A DNA stretch of 64,000 nt, from contig CAVYHV010000029.1 in NCBI GenBank assembly GCA_963768425.1, forward strand, positions 34,013 to 98,012, read 5' to 3'. Origin of the DNA: Candidatus Bathyarchaeota archaeon. Its GTDB lineage: Archaea; Thermoproteota; Bathyarchaeia; Bathyarchaeales; Bathycorpusculaceae. Positions 20,353 to 30,849 of this stretch are shown in pieces. The notes under the pieces are model-generated. The model searched no databases. It was not told where the DNA came from and saw only the letters and a program-made list of their open reading frames with translations. Numbering within the stretch: the first letter of the stretch is position 1; each line of letters opens with the position of its first letter. Made by a program: the position numbers and the translations under genes.

Positions 20353-21696
20353 ATGAATCGCGCTAAAGCTACTAAAATTTTAGTTCTGCTAATAGCCACT
20401 TCAATTATTTTGACTGCAAGCATAAATATTGTCCAGAATTCTTCACCAAAGCTTACTGGCACATCAGTGAGCGTTTCGCCTGCAAGCGTGGCTTGGGAGA
20501 AAAATTACGGCGTAGTAGGAGATGACGACCGTGCATATTCCGCTCTTCCGATTGGTGACGGATGTTTAGTTGTCGGATCATCTGAATCGAATAAGACAGG
20601 TGTAACTGTTGGTTGGGCTTTAAGGCTTGATAGTAACGGCAACGTTATTTGGAACCAAACGTTCCTCGAAGGATCCGGCACTGAACTTAGATGTGCGCTT
20701 AATTTGACTGATGGATTCTTGCTTGTAGGAAACGAATTCTTGTCTTCGGGAGATGAAAACGGTTACGTTGCAAAAATAAGTAGTCAAGGATCATTAATGT
20801 GGCAAACGCCTATTATTGGCGGAGCAGACGTCAACAAGTTCTTCTCGGCAATTACTGTTCAAGACGGCTTTGTACTTTTCGGGTTAACTTATTCCAACGC
20901 AAATGGACAATCAAATGCTTGGGTAGTCAAAATAGACCCAAATGCAAACGTTTTCTGGAACAAGACATTTGGAGATGCAACAGACACCGCCGCTACAAGC
21001 GGCGCTTTAGCTCCCGATGGAAATTATATGGTGGCAGGTTACACAAACTCTCGAGGAGACAATAACTATGATTTTCTACTTATGCAAATTGCCCCGAATG
21101 GGAACATGGTGTGGAATAAAACCTACGGGCAAACAGGTACCCAAGAAGCCTCTGCCATGACAAAAGCCCCTGACGGCTACGCAATAGTTGGAAACACTCA
21201 ATCACCAGATGGAATAATGCACGCGTGGGTAGTGAAGGTTGATTGGAACGGCACAATGTTATGGGCTGAAACAGTCGGGGGCAAAAACGCAGATTCACCT
21301 TATTTCATAACTAATGCTCAAGATGGTGGTTACTTAGTTGGCGGCTTTACTTTTTCTTTCGGCGCAGGAAATCGGGATTTTTGGCTCTTTAAAATCGCCG
21401 ATTCAGGACAAGTTTCATGGAGTTGCACTCAAGGCGACTCGGGTTACCAAGAAGCTTATGGCGTTATCCAAACAGGAAAAAACCAATATATTATGGTGGG
21501 GTGGACAGACCCTCCTGGGCACCCTGCCTTAATAGGTAAAGCTCGGTACATGTTCGATGTTGTAACTATCATCTACCCTCAAAATAACACTTGGTTTTCA
21601 AGTTTACAGTTTATCTCTTATGCAACTGCAGGATTTGCGATTGTACTGGCGGTTTTACTTGTGGCATTAAGACTCCGTAATAGAGCGAACATGTAA
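20353..21696 (+). CDS. Secreted beta-propeller-repeat surface protein with C-terminal TM
   Basis: Repeated ~50-aa units W.KTYG/FG..D.A......DGGY...G. Confidence 0.75.
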   Translation: MNRAKATKILVLLIATSIILTASINIVQNSSPKLTGTSVSVSPASVAWEKNYGVVGDDDRAYSALPIGDGCLVVGSSESNKTGVTVGWALRLDSNGNVIWNQTFLEGSGTELRCALNLTDGFLLVGNEFLSSGDENGYVAKISSQGSLMWQTPIIGGADVNKFFSAITVQDGFVLFGLTYSNANGQSNAWVVKIDPNANVFWNKTFGDATDTAATSGALAPDGNYMVAGYTNSRGDNNYDFLLMQIAPNGNMVWNKTYGQTGTQEASAMTKAPDGYAIVGNTQSPDGIMHAWVVKVDWNGTMLWAETVGGKNADSPYFITNAQDGGYLVGGFTFSFGAGNRDFWLFKIADSGQVSWSCTQGDSGYQEAYGVIQTGKNQYIMVGWTDPPGHPALIGKARYMFDVVTIIYPQNNTWFSSLQFISYATAGFAIVLAVLLVALRLRNRANM

Positions 21697-21799
21697 TCAA
21701 GCTTCAAAAATTAGCCACAAACTACCAAGCAAAAGCCCGAAGCTACTCCGACTAATAAACTCTTAAAAAATCTTAAATGATGATTGGTTTATCAGTCGT

Positions 21800-22681
21800 T
21801 TATTCTTCATTTAGTTTAGAGAATAGCATTCGAAGAACCTTAACGAAGGCACTGTAGTTTGTCCAGATTGCCGCTGTTTTGTCTTTCTTTTTTACGTCTT
21901 CATCGTTTGCTGCATCTTCATGGAATGCGATCAATACTTCTTTATTATCAGAAATCATAATGCATGGCAAGTTTTGATCATCAACGATGCGATTAGATTC
22001 ACTTAACCATTGTAGTTGTCCAATGAAATAAGCGCTTTTTAAAGAGTTATCAGTTACCAAGGTGATGTTTGCTTTGTCCGCTTGCTTTTTGAGTTTGTCC
22101 GAAAAGTCGCTATAATATAATTGTGCAAGGTAGTCGGCTGAGGCGAAGACTTGGAATTCTTTTTCGGATTTTTCAAGCATTTCATTAGCCTTCATCAGTA
22201 CCTGCTGTTCACCCTCAAGCATCTGGAAAAGCTCTTTCTTCGCCGCCACTGCTTTCCGCTGAGGCATTGATTGCCAAAGTTCCACAAGACTTGTTTTCTC
22301 TTGTTCTAAGAGCCTTATTTTTATTTTTTGTGCATCTACAAGCATGTCAATAGCTTTGTCTAATGGAACAGCGGTGAATTTTAGAGGTTTCTCGAAAATG
22401 GAAAACACTATGCCCCTTTTCTCAAGATCCCGCAAGATTCTGTAAGTTTCAGTCCGATGAAGTGAAATTGCTTCCGCTATTTCTCCGGCTTTCATTTCGC
22501 CTACTCTTGCAAGGTGCAAGTAAACTTTGATCTCGTTTTTAAGTAGTCCAAACCTTGAGAGTGTCTCTTCAACGGTTGATAATTGCTCAGTGTAAGTCTG
22601 ATCTTTCTTTACTGTTCTCCACGATTCGTTTTGCTTATTGTACACTTTTATTAGTTCTTGCTTTTCCATTGCGAGTACCAT
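21800..22681 (-). CDS. TrmB-family transcriptional regulator
   Basis: FGLLKNEIKVYLHL..KAGEIAEAISLHRTETYRILRDLEKRG wHTH, coiled coil, effector domain. Confidence 0.85.
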   Translation of the reverse strand: MVLAMEKQELIKVYNKQNESWRTVKKDQTYTEQLSTVEETLSRFGLLKNEIKVYLHLARVGEMKAGEIAEAISLHRTETYRILRDLEKRGIVFSIFEKPLKFTAVPLDKAIDMLVDAQKIKIRLLEQEKTSLVELWQSMPQRKAVAAKKELFQMLEGEQQVLMKANEMLEKSEKEFQVFASADYLAQLYYSDFSDKLKKQADKANITLVTDNSLKSAYFIGQLQWLSESNRIVDDQNLPCIMISDNKEVLIAFHEDAANDEDVKKKDKTAAIWTNYSAFVKVLRMLFSKLNEE

Positions 22682-22737
22682 TTTGGGGTTCACCTTTCTC
22701 CATATTTTAGGTCTTGTCTCCTAATTCTAACCATTTA

Positions 22738-22777
22738 TATATAATATGATTACGACTTGAAAATCTGAATTCAGAAT
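22738..22777 (-). promoter_or_regulatory. Bipartite upstream motif + TATA (TrmB gene)
   Basis: ATTCTGAAT-N12-GTCGTAA-N4-ATTATATA on minus strand. Confidence 0.5.
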
Positions 22778-22863
22778 TCATGTTCGGTTAAAACTTACAA
22801 ACAAGCAGCTTTTTGGAGGGCTGTCCCCAAATCAGATTAGCAGCGTAGAAGGCTATTTTTAGG

Positions 22864-24582
22864 TTATGTTTCAAGTGCTTTTGCGGAAGCGTTAGCGTAA
22901 ACTGACCCGAATTTGTTCACAAGGTCTTTCTGAGTGTAAACTGAAGAGTGCAGTTGGAAGAAATTTCCCATTCTTCCCGTTTCTACGCCAATTCCAATTA
23001 CGATGACGCCTTTGCGCAGTAAATCATCGACGCATTCCTTCAAAGCGATTGGCATGTTTGGGTAGCCATATGGCCAACCGTCGGAGATAACTATTAAGAC
23101 GCGTTGTTCTTCAAATCTTTTAGCCAGCATTTTTCCGGCCATCTGAATTGCGTCGGGAATATATGTTAGCCCTTCAAATCTCAATCCTCCGATTCTGGCC
23201 CTGACTTTCTTTGAATACGACTCATTGCTGTCTTTAAGTATGTAGAATTTGTCACTGAAGGCAAAAAAAGTCCAAGACGTTGGGTCCATCATTAATTCTT
23301 TCGCTGCCTCAGCAACAGCTATGGCTAACGCGCGACCATATTCCCCTTTCACCTGCATGCTACTGCTGACATCAAAAATCAGGGACCAAGCAAAACTTGT
23401 CTTGAGATACTCATCGAGCACGAAAACATCTGTCGCTGGCTTATTACTTGCCAAGGATTGAATTACAGATGCCAAATCCAGTTGACCCATTTCTTGCCTT
23501 GGGTCCTCATCAAGATAATTAAACGCTGATCTTAGAATATCGAGAAGTCGCCGACTTGCTCCTTGCACTAGATTTCTGGCTCTCAGATATTGAGTGTAAT
23601 CTTCCTCTGGAATAGAGACTGATTTGAATCTGGTCATAGTCACATAGGGTTTGATTTTCGAAAGTATTTTTTCTTCACGTTGCTTCTGGTAGCTGTCCGA
23701 ATTGAATGCTTGTAAGGATTCTGCTTCTTGTTCAGGTCTCCAACATTGGTCAATATTGTCTACGGTAGGCACGTTTGCTCCTAAGCTAATGAGTGACTGT
23801 ACAAACAAGCCTTCAAAATCGTTATCAACTGATCTATCCGTTTCACTGTATATGCTGCAGTTCCCATTGCTTTCAGTATGTCGAAGTGAGGGCGCCTCCA
23901 AAAAAGGTCCAAAAGGCTCAAGCAAAAGCTTTATGCCTTTTACTTTTTCGTCGAATAACTCTTCCACTTTAATTTCCTGGTCGGCTATTGACATTAAGAA
24001 AGTTTCTTTAACGGCTGTTAAGTCGTTGAACAGTTGATTTACCGTTTTCTCCTCTTCAACGCCTGGACAATTCTTGATTAAGCCCAAATTACATTTGGTT
24101 AGTAAAGCAGCCATAAGTTTTGTTGAGGAGGTAAAGATTCTCTCTGAAGGCTTTATTTTCTGGTAAGCCAACGCATTTGCATACGCAATGTCAAAAAACC
24201 TATCGGGATACCATGCCTGAATGTAGGCGTTTACGTATGTGTCATTAATTAGAGACTTAGCAAACGCTTCAACTATTGAATCTGATTTTTTTGGCGCAAT
24301 TTTTTCTTTGGGAAATGGCTCTAAAGTATGAGTTGTTAGGTGCAGAACAGTTGCTCTAAATAATCGCCCAATTTTTGATTTGCCTCCATTGTTTAGGGCA
24401 AATTTGTGCCCAAGATACGAAACATTTCCCCCTTCTAAGATTCGAACGGTTGGGAGCTTAATGGTGAACCCAACATTATCAATTTGCAGGGTCGGCTGAT
24501 CCAAAGTAGGATCCTGAAGTATTTTCACTTTTGTGTTATCTTTTTGTAGTGAAACCGACCAAGCGTAATCAATAAACCCCAA
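22864..24582 (-). CDS. VWA-domain protein (NorD/CbbO-like partner)
   Basis: C-terminal MIDAS: FDVSSSM, GLT, ISDG; GQLDL upstream. Confidence 0.85.
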   Translation of the reverse strand: MGFIDYAWSVSLQKDNTKVKILQDPTLDQPTLQIDNVGFTIKLPTVRILEGGNVSYLGHKFALNNGGKSKIGRLFRATVLHLTTHTLEPFPKEKIAPKKSDSIVEAFAKSLINDTYVNAYIQAWYPDRFFDIAYANALAYQKIKPSERIFTSSTKLMAALLTKCNLGLIKNCPGVEEEKTVNQLFNDLTAVKETFLMSIADQEIKVEELFDEKVKGIKLLLEPFGPFLEAPSLRHTESNGNCSIYSETDRSVDNDFEGLFVQSLISLGANVPTVDNIDQCWRPEQEAESLQAFNSDSYQKQREEKILSKIKPYVTMTRFKSVSIPEEDYTQYLRARNLVQGASRRLLDILRSAFNYLDEDPRQEMGQLDLASVIQSLASNKPATDVFVLDEYLKTSFAWSLIFDVSSSMQVKGEYGRALAIAVAEAAKELMMDPTSWTFFAFSDKFYILKDSNESYSKKVRARIGGLRFEGLTYIPDAIQMAGKMLAKRFEEQRVLIVISDGWPYGYPNMPIALKECVDDLLRKGVIVIGIGVETGRMGNFFQLHSSVYTQKDLVNKFGSVYANASAKALET

Positions 24583-24599
24583 AATGCAATAACTCCTAA

Positions 24600-25625
24600 T
24601 TATTGCGATTTATTAAAAACTGCTTCCAGGATCCTCCTCACGTCTGCTTGGACTTCAACGTTGTCGCTGGTTAGCCCAATTAAAGTTTCTTCAGCTGCAC
24701 TCATAGGAGTATTTCCATCTTTTACTAAAGTAGCCCAGTTGATTAAGTCACCCAACGAGGGTCCATAAGGCAGGTCGCCGGCTTTGTATTGTCTTCTTAA
24801 TTCAGCGCCAGCTTGAATGATTTTATAAGCGGTATCCTGATCAATCTTCGTCCTTTTCTGTAACATGTCCACTTCATCTGGAGAGATGGTTTCTCCGACA
24901 CTTAGGAAATCAAAGTTTATCCAGACAGCCATGCGTCTTCTCATGGCGGCGTTTAGAGGTTTTGTCCCCGAGAATTCAGCTGTAGCGGGGTTCATGCTGA
25001 TAATCATATACCCGTATTTGTGGCGTTCAATGACTTCGCTGTCTTTTTCATTAAGAACCAAGTGACCTCTTGTGTCTAAAACTGGGTTTAGTCTTGTGGC
25101 TACGTCTTGTTTCATCATGTTTGCTTCGTCGAGGTACATGATGCCGCCTTTCCTTAGCCACTGGGTTAATAGTCCATCTACCCAGTTTTCTTTGCCAAGC
25201 CCGATAAATCGTCCAATGAGGTCGAATGATGATGTTGATAAGCCGCAGTTGACTTCCCAAATTGGTAAACCCGTAAGCTCAGCTACCAAGTAGACGATAT
25301 GGGTTTTTCCAGTTCCTGACGGTCCGATTAAGCTGCACTGTTTAAAATAATAGAGCGCGCGCACAATCCGTTCAACGTAGTTAAAGCCATGGTCTAAGTA
25401 TTCAGGTGTTCCTTTTGGTATCATGCTGTCCAAGTGGGCGAAGCTGAAGTTTGGGTGTAAGTCAAATCTCTGTATGTTGTATTTTTCGTATAATGGGCTC
25501 TTAGACATTGGGCGCTCTTTATCAAGGGATACTGTAACCTTGAATTTGTCTTCTTTGAGGGATGATACCTCTTGAACTCTACTTGCTTCAGCTTTTTCTT
25601 TTAGCCCTTGATGTCCATAACTCAT
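24600..25625 (-). CDS. MoxR-family AAA+ ATPase (CbbQ/NirQ/NorQ-like)
   Basis: GPSGTGKT, YLDEAN, SMNP...PLNAAMRRR. Confidence 0.9.
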   Translation of the reverse strand: MSYGHQGLKEKAEASRVQEVSSLKEDKFKVTVSLDKERPMSKSPLYEKYNIQRFDLHPNFSFAHLDSMIPKGTPEYLDHGFNYVERIVRALYYFKQCSLIGPSGTGKTHIVYLVAELTGLPIWEVNCGLSTSSFDLIGRFIGLGKENWVDGLLTQWLRKGGIMYLDEANMMKQDVATRLNPVLDTRGHLVLNEKDSEVIERHKYGYMIISMNPATAEFSGTKPLNAAMRRRMAVWINFDFLSVGETISPDEVDMLQKRTKIDQDTAYKIIQAGAELRRQYKAGDLPYGPSLGDLINWATLVKDGNTPMSAAEETLIGLTSDNVEVQADVRRILEAVFNKSQ

Positions 25626-25845
25626 TTGGCGCCGTCTCTAACGCGATAAAAGTTGGAAACCGAATAAATAAGTATTATGAATTACTACTTGATATGTCAT
25701 ATACACATGTGAATGTGAAAAAGCCTATTCACAATTCCTCGTAGATTTCATTAAAGCAAAGTACCTCACGGATCCTAAACGTTTGGCGTTTAATTTATTT
25801 GCGTTTCTTGTTGAATTATGTTCCAAAATATAGTGCAATGTTATA

Positions 25846-25859
25846 GTGTAGTGCTACAC
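25846..25859. promoter_or_regulatory. Palindrome just upstream of cheY TATA box
   Basis: GTGTAG-tg-CTACAC followed by TTTTATAT at 25865. Confidence 0.4.
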
Positions 25860-25918
25860 AACGCTTTTATATGGTTATCTTAAGATTTAAGATAACAATA
25901 TCTTAGAGACGAACCGAA

Positions 25919-26287
25919 ATGGGCACAATCATGATAGTGGATGACGCTTCGTTCATGCGGGCAGTCCTGAAAAAAATAGTCTTACAAGCGGGTCACGAAG
26001 TAATCGCTGAAGCTGCAAATGGGGACGATGCTATCGCTCAGTTTCAACAATCAAAACCGGATCTCGTACTTATGGATATAATCATGCCTCCTGGACCAAA
26101 AGCCAAAGATGGCATAGAGGCCCTCAAACAAATCGTTGCATGTGATCCGTCTGCAAAAGTAGTAATGTGCAGTTCAATGGGGCAGCAATCATTAATTGTG
26201 GAAGCAATAAAGTCGGGTGCTAAAGACTTCGTCATAAAACCGTTTCAACCTCAAAAAGTAATTGAAGCAATCACAAAATACTGCTGA
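25919..26287 (+). CDS. cheY: Chemotaxis response regulator CheY
   Basis: IVDDASFMR, DLVLMDIIMP, CSSMGQ, KPFQP. Confidence 0.93.
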   Translation: MGTIMIVDDASFMRAVLKKIVLQAGHEVIAEAANGDDAIAQFQQSKPDLVLMDIIMPPGPKAKDGIEALKQIVACDPSAKVVMCSSMGQQSLIVEAIKSGAKDFVIKPFQPQKVIEAITKYC

Positions 26288-26408
26288 GGCAAATCAGTTG
26301 TTTCCTCTTTCGGCGAGTCACGAATACAAGAAAGCATGGTTTAGCACGCCCAGTAAAATTAGGAGCAATCCTAAGGTTGCCTATCAGCGACTGGAGTTAA
26401 CACCATGT

Positions 26409-26915
26409 GTGACCATAGAAGCTAATACGGGTCCAATGGTGGAAGAGGTTCGAGTGGACATGGCAGATATGAGGGTAGAAAGCAAAAATGTTGAGCTATT
26501 AACAAGTGTCGGATCTTGCGTAGCAATATGCTTGCACGATTCCGTGCACAAATGTGGGGGGTTAGCTCACATTATGCTTCCAAACTCTGCTAATGTATCG
26601 CAAGAACCTCTTCCATCAAAATTTGCGAACACAGCTGTTCCAGCTCTTATAAAGGAAATACACGCAATTACTGGAAAACAAAGTCGTCTTTCAGCTAAAA
26701 TCGCAGGAGGCGCTAACATGTTCGCAAACATAGGTACTAATCATTTAGACATAGGCGCTAAAAATGTTAAAGCAGTTAAGACTTCATTAGATGAACACAA
26801 AATATGGCTGGCCGCTGAGGACGTAGGTGGCTTGCATGGAAGAAGAATTTCATTCAATGTTGCTTCCGGCAAGACAATTGTCAAGCAGTATAACGGAGAC
26901 ATAAAAGAGCTATGA
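26409..26915 (+). CDS. cheD: Chemoreceptor deamidase CheD
   Basis: VGSCVAICL, GGLAHIMLP, AKIAGGANMF, EDVGG..GR; start placed at GTG after GGAG. Confidence 0.93.
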   Translation: MTIEANTGPMVEEVRVDMADMRVESKNVELLTSVGSCVAICLHDSVHKCGGLAHIMLPNSANVSQEPLPSKFANTAVPALIKEIHAITGKQSRLSAKIAGGANMFANIGTNHLDIGAKNVKAVKTSLDEHKIWLAAEDVGGLHGRRISFNVASGKTIVKQYNGDIKEL

Positions 26916-27586
26916 ACAATCAAATCAAGGTCGACTTAACCACCGAATCTGACAGCAAAGAACCTTCCAAGCTCTCTGTTGGTAAAGAAATCAATTTAGG
27001 TATTCTCTTAGAGCTTGGAAGTATAGGGGCAGGGCATGCTGCAACCTCTTTATCTGACATACTCCAGCAACCCATATCAATCGATGTTCCTACAATTCAT
27101 ACAATTCAAGCGCATTTGATTCCCACTTTCTTCAACATGCACGAAATGCCAACGATTGCCGTCTATCTGCAACTTACGACAGAGTTCGGATGCGACATTT
27201 TATTAATGTTCGAGCTAACGGAAGCGAAAAAGATAGCAGCTATGATGACTTGTGCATCTTCTATTGAAGAACTGGATCCAGCAATGGAAACATCAGCTAT
27301 ACATGAGCTTGCAAACATTCTCATAGGATCATTCTTGACAGCGATCTCGGATTTCATTGGAATCAGCCTTCTTCCTACTACGCCTCAAAGCTCAGTTGAT
27401 ACCTTCGACGCGATACTTGACGGTTTTCTCATTAAGCAATCTATGTTTTCCGAAAATGCAATGGTATTTGAAACACGCTTTAAACGCCAAGGTGAAAACG
27501 CAAATTGCATACTAATGATATTTCCAAGCCAGGAACTGAAAGAACTGATTGCTAAGAAATCAAAACCGGTCATCGAAATTCAATGA
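26912..27586 (+). CDS. cheC: CheC phosphatase
   Basis: ELGSIGAGHAATSLS and SAIHELANIL. Confidence 0.9.
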   Translation: MNNQIKVDLTTESDSKEPSKLSVGKEINLGILLELGSIGAGHAATSLSDILQQPISIDVPTIHTIQAHLIPTFFNMHEMPTIAVYLQLTTEFGCDILLMFELTEAKKIAAMMTCASSIEELDPAMETSAIHELANILIGSFLTAISDFIGISLLPTTPQSSVDTFDAILDGFLIKQSMFSENAMVFETRFKRQGENANCILMIFPSQELKELIAKKSKPVIEIQ

Positions 27587-27617
27587 ACGCAAAGAGAAGG
27601 TTGAGGCAGAAAAATAT

Positions 27618-28456
27618 TTGGTCGAGCAAGTCAAAACGGATTCTTTGCAGGACTTCTTAGATAAAATGGCTTTTCAAAAAGTTAAAAAAATGCTGTTTGA
27701 AAATGCCGGAGTAAACTGTTCAGGTTACAGAGATGAATATTTAAAGCGGCGTTTTGAAATCCGATTAAGAGCAACTGGCGCCAACTCATACGGCAGGTAC
27801 ATTACTTATTTAAGAAATAATCCGGAAGAATTCAAAAACTTACTTAATGATATGACGATTAACTTTACCATGTTTTTCAGAGATACTGATGTTTACACAT
27901 ATCTTGAAAAAGTGCTTCTTCCCAAGATCTTCAAGTTATCGAAGCCTACCCGAATTTGGAGTGCCGGCTGCGCTAGTGGGGAAGAGCCTTATTCCTTGGC
28001 CATTTTGGTTCATAAAGTCCTTGGGGAAAAAATATGTGATCATCCTGTAACAATTTTTGCTTCTGATATCGACAAAGATGCGCTATCAACTGCTGCAAAG
28101 GGCGAGTATTCCCAAAGGCAGCTAAGTAACCTGAGTAGGGACTTAGTGGACCGATTCTTTACAAAGAGGGAGAACTTTACAAAGTTCGCAATTCTGTGAG
28201 ACAAATCATTCATTTTCACGAGTTCGATTTAATGGCTCCTTCTGTGCACCTGAATCTAGATCTTATTTTATGCAGAAACGTAATGATCTATTTTTCAAAG
28301 GAAAGTCAACAACAAATCCACATGAGCTTCTATAAGGCTTTGAAATCTGACGGTTACTTTATTACTGGAAAATCAGAAATCTTGAGCGGTGAACCAGCGG
28401 CAAAATTTCTAGCGGTGGACCAACAAGTTAGAGTTTATCAAAAACCCAGCAAGTAA
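27618..28456 (+). CDS. cheR: CheR methyltransferase (-1 indel at ~28165)
   Basis: INFTMFFRD, RIWSAGCASGEEPYS, ASDID; DLILCRNVMIYF in next frame. Confidence 0.9.
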
Positions 28457-28608
28457 ATGAATCGTCAAAATACTTGCTTTCAAATATGTCTCTTTAAGGT
28501 CTGAGTGTCTGATTAAAGACACACTCTACCAAATTACCTAATTTGTCTCAGATTGTTGTATTAGATCTGAAATTCGAAGGTGCAGATTCGACCTTAGGTG
28601 AAAAGGCA

Positions 28609-30637
28609 ATGTCATTTGATAACGATCAATATAGGCAATTATTCATAGATGAGGCAAAAGAGCATTTAGATACAATAACTAAATCAATGTTGATTTTAGA
28701 AAAAGAACCCGAAAACCAAGAGGTTATTAACATGCTTTTTAGGGCAGCTCACACGTTAAAGGGTTCGTCAGGAATGATGGGCTTCAAAGACTTTCAAGAG
28801 CTCACTCATAACATGGAAGATATCTTTGATGACATGCGAAAGGGCAATCGACCCTCCTGTAATCTCATCACAGCTCTTCTGGAATGTTTAGATGCTTTAT
28901 CACAGCGACTTGAAAACATACAAAATAAAGTCGATGGCGACATTGAAGTTGAACAATTCAAAGATAAGTTGCAAAAGGCTAAGTCTCAATTGCAAATCTT
29001 GCAACCACAAAAGGAGAATGAAAGTAAGCAATCAGCGCTTGAAAATAATAGGCTTGATTTTAACGAAAACGAAAAAGAGTTAATCAGTAAGGCTGAAAAT
29101 GCAGGCGAACAATGTTTCATAATTAATTTCAAATTTGCAGACGATTGCAGTTTCAAGACTATTCGAGCAAGTATGGTTTTGGACAAGATTGCCGAAGTTG
29201 CGAGAATAGTGAAGTCTGTTCCAGCAAGTGAAGAATTTGACGAGCAGAAGCTCAGCCAGGGCTTTAAAATGGCTGTCACTAGGCAAGCTTGACGAAGAAA
29301 CAGTCGCAAAAAGCGCTAAGAGCGTTCTTGAGGTAGAGAGTGTAAGCATTTCAGCTTATAACACATTTGCTCCCCCTGTCAAGAAGACTCTTGATGGCCT
29401 TTTGGCTGAGAATAATTACGTCATAACTGTTGAAAATAAAAAAATTGTCAAGGTCCTTCAGGACCAGGCGGCTACTCAAACTGTTCGAGTAAAGTTTGAT
29501 CAGCTTGACAAATTGATGAATTGGGTAGGTGAACTTGTTATCAACAAAATCGCCCTTCTTCAGATAACCTCGGATAATCGAAACGACCAATTGAAGCATG
29601 TTACAGAAAACATTGATCGGTTAACCGCTGACTTGCAAGATCTCGTAATGGAAGTCCGAATGGTGCCCGTCAGTCAGGTATTCGACAGGTTTCCGCGTTT
29701 GGTTAGAGATCTTTCGTTAAAAAAAGGAAAGAAAATTGATTTGGTTATGGAGGGAAAGGACATTGAAGTTGACAGGACAGTATTGGATGAAATTGGTGAG
29801 CCGTTAATTCATTTGCTTCGAAACAGTGTTGACCATGGTGTGGAAACTCCAGAAGATAGAGTGAAAATAAACAAAAATGAAACTGGAACGATTAAGCTTT
29901 CGGCTCAGAGAAATGGCAATCAAGTAATTATAGAAATCCAAGATGATGGGGCTGGAATCGACCCTGAGAAACTAAAGGAGTCAGCTCTCAAGAAAGGTTT
30001 TGCGAGTCAAGCGGAACTGGAAAAAATGAATAAGGAACAGTTAATCAACCTCATTTTCCTCCCTGGATTTTCAACTGCAAAAGTGGTTACTGAAACAAGC
30101 GGCAGAGGCGTCGGAATGGATGTTGTAAAGACGAAAATCTCCGCGTTAGCCGGTACCGTTCATATTGAAAGCCAAGTTGGCCAAGGAACTAAAACAACAA
30201 TTAAACTTCCTATCACACTTGCAATTATTCAAGCGATTCTTGTTAAGGATACTACTCAGACATTTGCTATTCCTACAAGCCAAGTTTCAGAAATTGTTAG
30301 AGTCAATAAAACCGATGTTAAGTCGCTTGGAAAAACTAACGCCATAATAGTCCGAGATCGCGTAATTCCCATGGTTCATCTGCATCAGCTTTTGGGTCTT
30401 CCAGATTCAAACGAAGATGAGCTTGAACTTCTCATAACTTATCTTGGAGACGAAAATACGAAAATGGGTATTGTGGTTGATTCAGTCCTGCGGCAACAAG
30501 ACATCCTGGTAAAGTCATTGAACGAAACGTTTGCTGGAGTCAAAGGCATAAGCGGAGCAACAATCCTAGGTGATGGTCAAGTTGTGTTAGTTTTAGATGT
30601 GGGGCAATTGGTGAATAAAGGATACAAAAGAGCCTAA
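28609..30637 (+). CDS. cheA: CheA histidine kinase (+1 indel at ~29282)
   Basis: Hpt FRAAHTLKG, P2, HLLRNSVDHG, DDGAGID, SGRGVGMDVV, C-terminal CheW-like P5. Confidence 0.93.
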
Positions 30638-30780
30638 AAAGATAGAATCGTAACTTCTGCCTACTGCCAATACTCAAAGTAAATAGGAACTTCCCCACAA
30701 TCCACTGTTTTGGGTAACGTCGCTTGGAAAAGTTTTCTTTGAAGGAGACGGAAACAATCGTGCATAGTTGAAAATAACAT

Positions 30781-30820
30781 ATTCTGAATGCGAACTTGCA
30801 ATTCATAATTTATTTATTTA
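30781..30820 (+). promoter_or_regulatory. Bipartite upstream motif + TATA
   Basis: ATTCTGAAT-gcgaacttgcaa-TTCATAA-ttta-TTTATTTA. Confidence 0.6.
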
Positions 30821-30849
30821 TGAGAGACTACCTTTCCAAAGGTATCACA

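Noticed and set aside
24600-25625. GvpN (gas vesicle) or CbbQ (Rubisco activase) assignment
   Set aside because: No gvp or rbc genes nearby; only the MoxR family is supportable
28196-29292. Split cheR/cheA as true separate genes or programmed frameshifts
   Set aside because: A single base restores canonical proteins; no slippery heptamer; same pattern in elp3 and apgM
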